The translations under genes and the position numbers were made by a program. Positions 10,744 through 19,870 of a stretch of 64,000 nucleotides of DNA are shown in pieces. The stretch comes from Shimia sp. (GTDB lineage: Bacteria; Pseudomonadota; Alphaproteobacteria; Rhodobacterales; Rhodobacteraceae), in contig NZ_JBDVNC010000003.1 in the NCBI RefSeq assembly GCF_039969785.1, positions 513 to 64,512 of the forward strand. Direction: 5' to 3'. Numbering within the stretch: position 1 is the first letter of the stretch; the number at the start of each line of letters is the position of its first letter. The notes beneath the pieces were generated by a model. The model was not told where the DNA came from. It ran no database searches and was given only the letters and a program-made list of their open reading frames with translations.

Positions 10744-11643
10744 TTGATGAAGCCGACTCTTTTCCTGCACATTGGCACACACAAGACTGCCTCGACGGTT
10801 ATCCAAGACGCGCTGGATAAGAATCGGGATGTCTTGCGTGCGGCCGGGCTGCTGTTTCCTGCGACCACCCGCGGCTTATTCCCCGAATTGCCCAAACATG
10901 ACGAGTTGTTCCAAACCCTGGTCGATCCCGACCCAAGTGCCTTTGAGGCCGAATTCGCGGCCTTCATGAAAGAATATGAGGTCAGTGGTTGCAAGGATAT
11001 GCTGCTCAGCGAAGAGGCCCTGTCCGAGCCGCGCCCTGAAGCCTATGAAAAGCTGCGCCGTTTTGAAAAACATTTCGAGATCCGCGTTATCTGTTACCTG
11101 CGCCGCCCGGATTTTTTCCTGGAATCGCTTTGGAACCAGCGCTGCAAAGAAGGGATCTGCAAGGTGCCGGTGGGGCCGTTTTCGCGTAGCCCTTTTAATC
11201 GCGAGCGGGTGTTCTATGACAATATCCTTGATTGGTGGAGCGGTTTTGCGAAGGTCGAGGTAATTAATTATGAGACTGTCAAGGACGGACAGATCCTGGA
11301 CAGTTTTGCCGAGGTGATGGGCTACAGTTTTGCCGATGCCGGCAACCCGGTGCGTAATGCCAGCCCTTCGGCACAATGTGCGCTGTTGATGGCGGCCATG
11401 AACCGGCAGGGCATTCGGTTCGAACGCCGTCGCATGATTGCCGCCTTTGCCGGGGATCAGGGCAAATATGCTCTGGGTGGGCGGCTGCGCGCAGACCTTC
11501 TGAAAGATCTGGCACCGCATCTGGAGCGTCTGGAGCAGGGATATGGCGTGCGCTTTGACATGGAGATGCCCGATGAGCCCAAGATCCCGCTGACGCTTCT
11601 CAATCCGGATATCTGTGCCAAGGCCGTTGCAACCTTGTTGTGA
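10744..11643 (+). CDS. Sulfotransferase-fold protein (HIGxxKT.ST type)
   Basis: LFLHIGTHKTASTVIQ, LLSEEALS, VICYLRRPD..LESLWNQ, plus a RNASPS C-terminal motif. Confidence 0.75.
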   Translation: MMKPTLFLHIGTHKTASTVIQDALDKNRDVLRAAGLLFPATTRGLFPELPKHDELFQTLVDPDPSAFEAEFAAFMKEYEVSGCKDMLLSEEALSEPRPEAYEKLRRFEKHFEIRVICYLRRPDFFLESLWNQRCKEGICKVPVGPFSRSPFNRERVFYDNILDWWSGFAKVEVINYETVKDGQILDSFAEVMGYSFADAGNPVRNASPSAQCALLMAAMNRQGIRFERRRMIAAFAGDQGKYALGGRLRADLLKDLAPHLERLEQGYGVRFDMEMPDEPKIPLTLLNPDICAKAVATLL

Positions 11644-11711
11644 AAGCGGGTACCTGACGCTTGCGCGGCGGCCTTCAATATGCCGGGGTGCTGCCCAGCC
11701 AAACCCTGTCC

Positions 11712-11815
11712 TGTAGCGTTTCGCTTTTAACCTGAAACGAAGCGTCTCATTTGGCGCGTTGAAATTTTGATTTGAGGCATCGTTGCGTGTTTCAGGTCTC
11801 ATCGATAATGCAGTA
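11712..11815. mobile_element. Possible IS630-related MITE (~104 bp)
   Basis: ACCTGAAAC (11730-11738) and GTTTCAGGT (11789-11797) are inverted at symmetric distances from the ends; the left end GCGTTTCGCTTTTAACCTGA resembles IS630 termini as I recall them. Confidence 0.4.
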
Positions 11816-12068
11816 ACCGCTCGCAAAGACACCGTCGGCGGCCGCGCTGCCCATCGGTATGAGCAGCTCTCTGGCGGCTTGCGGGGGTCTGTTCCGGCTG
11901 AGTGCAGAATGACACCCTAAGGCTTTCTGCACCTGTATTACCCATGATTTTTTCTCTGTGGCCGTCCTTGCGGCGGCCATGGCTGTTTTGGGTCCTGATG
12001 GTGAGTGTGAATGTGGCAAGAAATAGGGTTGATTACTTCGCATGCCGGAGTGGGCGCGCGCCCAGTTT

Positions 12069-12663
12069 TCAGCCGGCCGTTAAAGCCTTCCGCCACCTAT
12101 ATTCACCGGTGAGTATGATGTGGGCCCACCCGAGTGGCGAGATGTGCGCCAAGAGCTCAGGTTGGCCGTCGAGCCCGGCGCGGCGTCGCGCTGCCACGGC
12201 CTGTCCGAGATGCTTGGTGTTCCAATAAATGATGATGGCCGCGAGCAGGTTGAGACCCGCCATGCGATAGTGCTGCCCTTCGGCGGTGCGATCCCGGATT
12301 TCACCCTGACGCCCGATGCGCTTCGCCCTTGTTAAGTCCCACCTGCGCCCGGCGCTGCATGTTGGCATCGAGCAGCCACTCGATGATGAAAAGGGTGCGC
12401 TCGACGCGACCAATTTCGCGGAGTGCCACGGCCAACTCGTGCTGGCGGGGATAAGCCGCAAACTTCTTGAGCAGCTGACTGGGGGCGATAACGCCTGTCG
12501 TCATGGTGGCCACGGAGCGCAGGACATCTGGCCAATTTTGAACGATGACACCTTCGCGGATCTTACCGCCGATCAAACCGCGCAACTCATTCGGCGCGCT
12601 CGCGGGGTCGAAGGCATAGAGCCGCGTCGATGGCAGATCGCGGATGCGCGGTATGAACAGGAA
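12069..12663 (-). pseudogene. Tn3-family transposase C-terminal fragment (frameshifted)
   Basis: LFIPRIRDLPSTRLYAFDP...LREIGRVERTLFIIEWL...GLNKGEAH / IGRQGEIRDRTAEGQHYR...ISPLGWAHIILTGEYRW. Confidence 0.88.
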
Positions 12664-12672
12664 GGGATTCTG

Positions 12673-12873
12673 TCAAAAAAGTGCTGCACACTCAGGGGAG
12701 AAGGCGTCGTATACCGCTCCTGCGCTCTCAAGGGTAAGTGAATCGTCGGGATAAAGCGCGATGTTTTTGGCAGTTTTCTTGAAGGTCGCGGCTTCGTCCC
12801 CTTCGTAAGCCGGTATCTCGATGTCAAAACAGAGATCTGCCCCCGTCTGGCGGGTGTCTCGCAATTCATGCAT
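12673..12873 (-). pseudogene. Short ORF or gene fragment of unknown function ending at a possible IS-like terminus (GGGATTCTGTCAAAAAAGTG at 12664)
   Basis: 66-aa ORF with protein-like composition; abuts the point where the Tn3 fragment stops. Confidence 0.25.
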
Positions 12874-12943
12874 ACGCCGAGGCTAGTCCGCTCTCTTCCG
12901 TATAACTGGTGTCGTTCTGGATGGTGGGACCCATTGCACGCCT

Positions 12944-13432
12944 TCAGGGGAGTAGCTGCCAGAGGCCCCGCGCTGGGTCTTCGCCGACGATGCGGTCGAA
13001 GCCTACACGCGAAGCGCCATCGGTGACCAGCCAGGTGCCACCCACCGGGCGCAGCAGGATATGGCCCTCGCGACCACACAGGTAGATCAGCCAATCGGCC
13101 ATCCGGTCGGTGTGATCAAGGTCCGGGTCAAGAGAGCAAAGGCGCGCGCGGCCCTGATCGGCAGAGAGGCCATATTTCAGGGCGGCCTGGTTCGTGATAC
13201 GCCAACTGCCATCCGGCTTGGCCTGTAAGCTCCATTTGACACCTGCCAGTCCAGGATCAGTGACGATGTCGACCTCCGAGGAATACTGGTTGCCGTCAAG
13301 GTAAACCGGGCCGCTTTCATGCTGCAGAGAAAAGCGTACGGCCTGCATTTCGGGGACGATTTGGGTGCCGCCTGGCAGGCTCATGCCCGGGGCAAAGCGG
13401 CGCAGGGCGCGCGGATCAGACGCAGCGCTCAT
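12944..13432 (-). CDS. Hypothetical protein, possible beta-trefoil (ricin/fascin-like) lectin fold
   Basis: ATG overlaps the stop of the upstream GT (ATGA coupling at 13429-13432); periodic Trp motifs KWSLQ..DGSWRI, DWLIY, GLWQL. Confidence 0.6.
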   Translation of the reverse strand: MSAASDPRALRRFAPGMSLPGGTQIVPEMQAVRFSLQHESGPVYLDGNQYSSEVDIVTDPGLAGVKWSLQAKPDGSWRITNQAALKYGLSADQGRARLCSLDPDLDHTDRMADWLIYLCGREGHILLRPVGGTWLVTDGASRVGFDRIVGEDPARGLWQLLP

Positions 13433-15390
13433 GTGTCCGCCTTTGTTTGTGGTGCAGGCTGAGGAGCCTCTTGCGGAGCGATCCCAAAGAGTGTTCGCGG
13501 CGCGGCGTGGCGGGTCAGTTCCTCGCGCCAGAACTCGGCACCTGCCACCTCTTGCATCCGGGCCGCGTAATGTGCGCGCAGATCGTCGAACCCGTCCTGG
13601 AAGCGCGCCAGCTCCCGGGCTAGGGCGGCGGTAGCCGTCACGGTTTCGGAGAGAATTGCGGCCTCTTGGGGATCATAGACCCGATAGCGGTCCGTATGCG
13701 GATTATGCAGTAAGACGCGGGCGACGGTGTCCTGCTTGGGCCCGCCCGGGTAGAGAAAAGACGTCTCGACAGCACTTTCACCCCGGCGTGCGGCGCTGGC
13801 GCGGATATCGGCGCGCACCTCGTCGGGGACATAATCGAAGGCCCCGTCATAGGTTCTGAATTCTCCCAACCGAGTGACATAGTGCTGGGCAAATTCATGT
13901 TCGAGCAGCAGATGGTCGTTCAGGTCCCTGAGGACATCGGCATAAAGCCGCAGCCCCGGTGCATCACTGATCGCAGCATGTGCCAAGAGGCGCTGCTTGA
14001 AGAAGCGAACAAAGCTGGTCTGGACCTCGGCCCCATAGCGCATATTGATGATCACCCCATGGGCGATGGACATGTATTCCTGCCCGTAGGAATGGGCAGG
14101 TTCATGCCAGGCCCAGAGGTTAGGGTTAGAGAGGCATTTGCCCCCTGCCGCCCCGTGACGCAGACTGTATTCAATGTCATCGCCGCGCAGGAAAAAGGCG
14201 GATGGATAGCCGAGCGCGCGGAAGCGGGCATGAGAGAGCCCGAAGAAGATGAAGGTGCTGTACTCTGGATAATGCAACCCAGTTAGCTTGTCTGCCTGAT
14301 CCGGGTCGTCCATGCGCCCGCCGTGGCGCAACAGGCGCGGGGCAATGGCCGTGCGCGCACCGGTGCGATCCGCGTCCAGGAACCGCCCCCAGAAGGCGCC
14401 GTCTTCCCAGATCTTGCGCGGGGCGCTCTTCATGCTGACGGGCAAGGTGAAGATGACATCATCGGTGCGGAACAGCGTTGTCGCCCAATGACGGCGCAGA
14501 CTTTCCAGCGATATCTGCAGATCGTCATCCAGAAGCAGCAATTCGTCAATGTCCTGCTCGCTCTTTTTGAGGGCATCTTCAAGTAGCAGCAGGGACTGGC
14601 TCATGTTGCCACCGCCCCCCATATTGGCCCCGCTCAGCACATGCACGTGCAGGTGGTCAAAACCGGCCAGCGCGCTATAGCTGTCCTCATCCACATCCCC
14701 CGTCGTGTCCAGCACCAAGAAGAAGATGTTGCGCAGGGCGCGCCTATATCCAGCGCTCAGATGGCTTTGCGCATCAAAGCGCGTGAGTAGCTCGATGATA
14801 TCGTTGGTACGTCCGAAAGTGCGCATGATCACCACCATGCGTCCGCCCACATCGCGCGGGGCGTTCAGGCTGAGCGCCATGTCATGTAGTACACAGTCAT
14901 CCCCCAGCGCTTCGAGTTCCCAGGAGAGGCGCGCCTGTTTGTCCAGATCATGCTCGATGTCGATATGGCAGCAGGCCGCGGGCAGCGTGTCATGTTCGGG
15001 GCGGTTGTTTTCGACAAGCCCTGTGTCAAGCTCTTCGGGGGTTTCCCCGGGAGTATGCGTGTGCAGGCGGTAGGCAAAGGCGCCCGAGACACTGAAATGC
15101 AGCCCAATCTGGCGGGCCGCGCTGTGATTGCGTAACGTGGCAGGAAACAGCATGTTGCGCAGGGCCGCGCTCGAGAGGCTCTGGCCTCGCAGGAAGGGGG
15201 TATCCGCCTCGGCGCCGGGGACCAGATGATCGACCAGATCGGTGTTGAAAAACAGATCCGCCAAGCGGGAATGCGATCTTGCGGGGCGGTCCAGGCCAAA
15301 GGCGGCAATATCTTCACCAACCGTGATGGGCAGCGTTTGTTCGGCCCAGGCGCGCAGATCCGAAGAAAGATGAGTTATGGCGCTATGCAT
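13429..15390 (-). CDS. GT2 glycosyltransferase, GlfT2-like galactofuranosyltransferase
   Basis: LLLLDDD, NMGGGG, FFLRGDDIEYSLR and WAWHEP match the GlfT2-type DDD and xDDxxY pattern; glf is nearby. Confidence 0.75.
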   Translation of the reverse strand: MHSAITHLSSDLRAWAEQTLPITVGEDIAAFGLDRPARSHSRLADLFFNTDLVDHLVPGAEADTPFLRGQSLSSAALRNMLFPATLRNHSAARQIGLHFSVSGAFAYRLHTHTPGETPEELDTGLVENNRPEHDTLPAACCHIDIEHDLDKQARLSWELEALGDDCVLHDMALSLNAPRDVGGRMVVIMRTFGRTNDIIELLTRFDAQSHLSAGYRRALRNIFFLVLDTTGDVDEDSYSALAGFDHLHVHVLSGANMGGGGNMSQSLLLLEDALKKSEQDIDELLLLDDDLQISLESLRRHWATTLFRTDDVIFTLPVSMKSAPRKIWEDGAFWGRFLDADRTGARTAIAPRLLRHGGRMDDPDQADKLTGLHYPEYSTFIFFGLSHARFRALGYPSAFFLRGDDIEYSLRHGAAGGKCLSNPNLWAWHEPAHSYGQEYMSIAHGVIINMRYGAEVQTSFVRFFKQRLLAHAAISDAPGLRLYADVLRDLNDHLLLEHEFAQHYVTRLGEFRTYDGAFDYVPDEVRADIRASAARRGESAVETSFLYPGGPKQDTVARVLLHNPHTDRYRVYDPQEAAILSETVTATAALARELARFQDGFDDLRAHYAARMQEVAGAEFWREELTRHAAPRTLFGIAPQEAPQPAPQTKADT

Positions 15391-15701
15391 TGTCGTCCTG
15401 TCAAAAATCGGTGTTTTGCAGTCACATCTCCCGAGGACCCCCTGCAGGCCCCCTGCGATGTCCTTGGGTTGAGTATCATCAGGGGTTTGAGAATGGCAAC
15501 CTGAGAAAGATTAGACAAGGCTGTGCGTAAAGGATACGCAATCGGGGCCGGACATCGGGTTTTACAGAAAGGCTGTGATAATTCGCGTTGGATTCCTCGC
15601 AAAAGATCGGCTAGGACTGTCTCAGCATTTGTCACCTTACGCTACACCCACAGGTGACGCCGGATTTATAGAGACGATTTAAAATATAGGGCATTAGCCA
15701 C

Positions 15702-16583
15702 ATGGCGACCATCAGGCTCTACCTCGGGGCACACAAGACGGCCACAACCCACCTGCAAGGTATCTTAATGGCGAATCGACCCCAGCTGCTTGAGCAGGGG
15801 GTGGCGCTTTCGGCGCCGCAGGACATTCGCAAAGAATGGTTGCCCAACCTGTTCACGGCACAAAAGGCCCTGCTTACCACAGGGGCAATTCCCGACGAGA
15901 TTGCCACCCCGCTCCGGGATTTGCAGCCCGAAAGCAGCGACTGGATACTGACCGAAGAGAACATCATCGGCATTCCTTACGAACTGTCGCGCATTTCTGG
16001 CATCTATCCGATGGCAGGCAAGCGCATGGCAACGCTCAAGGCGCTGTTTCCCGAAGCGCGATTCGAGTTTTATTTCTCGGTCCGTTCTTATGACAGTTTT
16101 TACCGCTCGATGTATTCCGAGGTGGTGCGCAACCGCGGCTTCATGACGTTTGAGGAATTTTACGACCCGGAACGCTTTGCGAGCAATTCATGGGTACTGA
16201 TGCTTGCCGAGATCACGCGTCATATTCCGGCTGAGAATATTGTCCTGTGGAAATTCGAGGATTTCCGCAAGGTACAATCCCAGGCCCTGACGCGCCTCAG
16301 CGGATGCGATGATGTGGAGGCTATGACCGCGCGCTATGCGCCCGAGACAACCCGCCCGTCGCTGTCGCAGAAAACTCTGGATGTCCTGGGCGATCTGGCC
16401 CCGGCCATCGGCGCCCCCGAAGCGCTGCGGCTGACCGAGCGGATCAACCGCCACTATGCGGTGGCCGATGGCCATGCGCCGTTGAATGTCTTTGACGAGG
16501 CCACGACGGCCCGGCTTAAGGCGCAATATGAGGCGGACATAGCGCAAATTCATGAAACTTATCCGTCAATTACGTTTCTTTAA
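15702..16583 (+). CDS. Sulfotransferase-fold protein
   Basis: LYLGAHKTATTHLQ, ILTEENIIG, FSVRSYDSFYRSMY, and a RPSLS motif. Confidence 0.72.
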   Translation: MATIRLYLGAHKTATTHLQGILMANRPQLLEQGVALSAPQDIRKEWLPNLFTAQKALLTTGAIPDEIATPLRDLQPESSDWILTEENIIGIPYELSRISGIYPMAGKRMATLKALFPEARFEFYFSVRSYDSFYRSMYSEVVRNRGFMTFEEFYDPERFASNSWVLMLAEITRHIPAENIVLWKFEDFRKVQSQALTRLSGCDDVEAMTARYAPETTRPSLSQKTLDVLGDLAPAIGAPEALRLTERINRHYAVADGHAPLNVFDEATTARLKAQYEADIAQIHETYPSITFL

Positions 16584-16615
16584 TCTGGGCTGTCCGAATA
16601 CTGAAAGATGATCAC

Positions 16616-17299
16616 ATGACCAAAACGTGCCTTTTGCATATTGGGAAAACAGGCGGGACCTACCTGAAGTCAGTAATTGCACATAACCAAGAAAATTTGC
16701 CGAATGATGTAGAGATTCTATCTCACTATGATACAATCTTTTCCACGGTAAAGAAGTTTGGCCGGGCGCGCAAAATTGGCTTTGTTTTCCGAGAGCCCGA
16801 GAAACGCTTTATCTCTGGCTTTCAAAGCAGAATTCGCCAAGGGCGCCCAACTTATAATAGCCCATGGACTGCAGAAGAAGGGGTTGCGTTTCATTGGTTT
16901 GCTACACCAAATGATCTTGCGGAGGCGTTAGGGTCAAAAGATGAGCGCATGAAGTCAGCAGCAATTTTCGCCATGCATAACATCCGTCACATAAAATTTG
17001 GATATAAACATTTCCTTGGTGGCAAAGCGCGTCTCGCGAGAGAGGTCGAAAAAGGAAAGATGCAACTTTGTGTCGAATTGGAAAACGTGGATGAAAATTT
17101 GCCTGAGATCATGCAAAGTATTGGATTTAAGAAATTCTCGCTCCCCAAAAAGCCTGTGCGCCACAACGTCAGACTCGCTCAAGTTACCCAACTTTCAGAA
17201 ATAGGCAGAGCGAATCTTCATTCATATTGGGCCGAAGAATTTGAAATATATGAGTTTTGCAAACAGATAGCAACTATCCACGCCCAACCTAATCTTTAA
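16616..17299 (+). CDS. Sulfotransferase family 2-like protein
   Basis: LLHIGKTGGTY, FVFREPEKRFISGF, and an AT-rich coding sequence. Confidence 0.78.
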   Translation: MTKTCLLHIGKTGGTYLKSVIAHNQENLPNDVEILSHYDTIFSTVKKFGRARKIGFVFREPEKRFISGFQSRIRQGRPTYNSPWTAEEGVAFHWFATPNDLAEALGSKDERMKSAAIFAMHNIRHIKFGYKHFLGGKARLAREVEKGKMQLCVELENVDENLPEIMQSIGFKKFSLPKKPVRHNVRLAQVTQLSEIGRANLHSYWAEEFEIYEFCKQIATIHAQPNL

Positions 17300-17374
17300 T
17301 ATAGATACTTAGAAATCATCGTTCTCTTACAATGGAGGGCGGTAATTATAGCATCTAAGAAATGGAGCACACAA

Positions 17375-17500
17375 ATGAAATTAGACTATAAAAACAAGCT
17401 GGTATTTCTACACACTTCCGAAGTTGCTTCGATACGCTGGGATAAAACTTTTGAAACCGACCCGTCTACAGGTGCGGTGAATCTGCCCTGTTCAAGCTAA
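17375..17500 (+). pseudogene. 41-aa ORF, possible decayed sulfotransferase N-terminus
   Basis: GGAG SD; MKLDYKNKLVFLHTSEVAS loosely resembles the xxxKxxFLHIPKTAG start of Sulfotransfer_2 proteins. Confidence 0.3.
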
Positions 17501-17509
17501 ATAAAACCC

Positions 17510-18922
17510 ATGCAAGCACTAGCTCAGAACCTCGTCGAAATTTTTGCCACCGAGGCCCATGATTACGGGCGCATTCATGATGTGGTCGAAGCCGGGTTCC
17601 TGGCCTCGCAGGAAGGCTGTAGCGTTGGCTACAACGTCAAACCCGGCTCGGTTTATACCATTGACCTTCAAGGCGAGACTTTTGTCTTAGATCGTCCGCT
17701 TAAAATTCGCAAAGCTCAGCTCATCCATATCCGCAATGGCACGCTTGTGGCCGGGCCGACTTTCCCTAAAGGCGAGTTTCTGATCGATGTGTTCAATGGC
17801 ACAGGTCTGGTGTTCCAGAACCTTTTCTTGGAATGCAGTAAACGTGCCAATGGCATCACGCTTGCAGATTTCTTCCGCGTGCGGATCGAGGATTGCCACA
17901 TCATCCACCAGCGCGACTATGGCATCTATTCCGCGCCACAGGGCAACAATCACGAGCTGGAAGTGATGAAGTGCCATATCTCGGAATACCTTTATTGGGA
18001 TGGGCATCCGGGCAAGGCCTCAAGCTATGGCATCATCCCGCCATTTGACGTGGATGAAAATCGCCAATCCGTCGGGGTGTATTTGGGCCAGGCCGACAAC
18101 GTGGTAGCAGATTGCAACATCAACCTGTGTCGCACCGGCATCTATTGTGGGATGCGGGCTAACCGCATCCAAGGCAACCACATCACCGGAGGGGGCAGTC
18201 TAGACCTTGATATTTTCAAGGGTATCGAGCTGGATAACTTTCACAAATCTTCGGCCATCATCAATAACAACTACATTGATAACTGCACGCTTTGGATCAA
18301 TTGCGACGATCATCCCCGCCTGAACCAGCGCAACTACCTGCATGTGACCTCGAACCTGTTTTATCGGGGCTACAACCATCCCAGCGACGGGCGCACTTAT
18401 AGCCATATCGTGGTAAACCCACTCAAGCCGGGGTCGTTCTTGGGCAATGTGCATGTGACAAATAATCTGTTTTACAATCAGGATGAAAATCTGGAAGCTA
18501 TCAAACCGCGTGTTCTGGAACCGATCCGCGTACACAGCCGCACCGATTCCGAAACCGGGGAACATCTCGACCTCAACCATGCAGGAATTTTGAACTTCCG
18601 GATGGAATCCAACCAGTTTACCAACCGCTTCCCTACATTTGTCAAACCTATGGGCACCACGGTGACCAAACGGGTTGAAGCCACGCCAGATAAGCACCTT
18701 TACACGGTGCCTTTCAAACGAGAAATCCCAGTGGGTATCCTGCGTGATGCAGAGGCGCGGATAAGCACCATGTCCGACGGTCAAGCGGCCCAACCCATTG
18801 TCCGCCGGCTTTTGCCCCACGCGGTCGAAGTGGAACTGCCCGAACCTTTTGCCGGAACGATTTCGGTCACGGCCAGCGCGATTAGCGAGCCGGTCGGGCG
18901 GTTCTCCTACATTGTAAAGTGA
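17510..18922 (+). CDS. Right-handed parallel beta-helix (pectin-lyase-like) protein
   Basis: Repeated PbH-like strands (RIEDCHI, DNVVADCNI, ANRIQGNHI, IINNNYID, VTSNLFY, VTNNLFY). Confidence 0.8.
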   Translation: MQALAQNLVEIFATEAHDYGRIHDVVEAGFLASQEGCSVGYNVKPGSVYTIDLQGETFVLDRPLKIRKAQLIHIRNGTLVAGPTFPKGEFLIDVFNGTGLVFQNLFLECSKRANGITLADFFRVRIEDCHIIHQRDYGIYSAPQGNNHELEVMKCHISEYLYWDGHPGKASSYGIIPPFDVDENRQSVGVYLGQADNVVADCNINLCRTGIYCGMRANRIQGNHITGGGSLDLDIFKGIELDNFHKSSAIINNNYIDNCTLWINCDDHPRLNQRNYLHVTSNLFYRGYNHPSDGRTYSHIVVNPLKPGSFLGNVHVTNNLFYNQDENLEAIKPRVLEPIRVHSRTDSETGEHLDLNHAGILNFRMESNQFTNRFPTFVKPMGTTVTKRVEATPDKHLYTVPFKREIPVGILRDAEARISTMSDGQAAQPIVRRLLPHAVEVELPEPFAGTISVTASAISEPVGRFSYIVK

Positions 18923-19018
18923 GCTGGGATGTGTTGTTTTTTGTGCCACCAGTAACCGCTCGGGTATGCGCATGCACTTTTCGTGGACTGGGAGAACTAA
19001 ACTGATAGGCACTAAAAT

Positions 19019-19786
19019 ATGAGCACTCCTTTTGTCATCTGGACGATGCGGCGCACCGGCGGCACAACCCTGACAGACCTGTTGATGACGCTTTCGGAAT
19101 ATCCCAAAGTCGAGCATGAACCCTTTAACGAAGACCGGATCTTCGGGCCTATCTCGATTGAGTGGTACGCACACAAGGAACCTGCCCGCACCGTAGGCGC
19201 GCTGGAAACGGCGGTGCGCGCGCATCCGCTGATCAAGCATTGTTTTGAAATCCACGGACTCCGCTTTAACAACTTGTTGCTCAGGAACTTGAACCGGCTT
19301 GGCTATCGCCAGATCATTCTCAGACGGGAAGACGAGGTGGCGCGCATCCTGTCGCTACAGCTGGCCGAGGCCACCGGGGTCTGGGGCAAGATGGGGTCGG
19401 AGCGTGGTTATGCCTATTTCCGCGAAGAGGGGGCTCCAGAACTACGTTTTGATATAGCTGCCGCGCAAGCGCATCTGGAGCATTGCTTCAAACGCTGGAC
19501 ATGGCTGGAGCAGAAGATGCTGGACGTTGGCATCACGCCTTTCCAACTGCGCTTTGAAGATCTCTACGGGGATCTTGAGCGGGGTAAAGAGACGGTGCGC
19601 AAGGTGTTTGACCATATCGACATCCCGCCGGACAGCTTTGAGGAGCATAAACAAACCATCGAGAACGCGCTGCGCTACAAAGGCCAAAATTCGGGCAGTG
19701 TGATGTCGCTGGTCAAAAACATCGACGAAGCGCAGGCCCGCTTGCAAAATCGCCTTGATATACTGAACGCCCGCCCAGCATCGTGA
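19019..19786 (+). CDS. Stf0-like sulfotransferase
   Basis: FVIWTMRRTGGTTL, HEPFN, IILRREDEVARILSLQLAEATGVW and FEDL follow the Stf0 family pattern. Confidence 0.75.
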   Translation: MSTPFVIWTMRRTGGTTLTDLLMTLSEYPKVEHEPFNEDRIFGPISIEWYAHKEPARTVGALETAVRAHPLIKHCFEIHGLRFNNLLLRNLNRLGYRQIILRREDEVARILSLQLAEATGVWGKMGSERGYAYFREEGAPELRFDIAAAQAHLEHCFKRWTWLEQKMLDVGITPFQLRFEDLYGDLERGKETVRKVFDHIDIPPDSFEEHKQTIENALRYKGQNSGSVMSLVKNIDEAQARLQNRLDILNARPAS

Positions 19787-19870
19787 CACTCATAACTTCA
19801 ACGCTGCCCCGGTGGCATAAACATCATATTTAACCGATATTTTTCGTGTCATTGGACACCAGGAGTTAAG

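Noticed and set aside
10876-11832. 318-aa minus-strand ORF
   Set aside because: It is antisense to the motif-bearing sulfotransferase-fold gene at 10744-11643 and has no recognisable motif.
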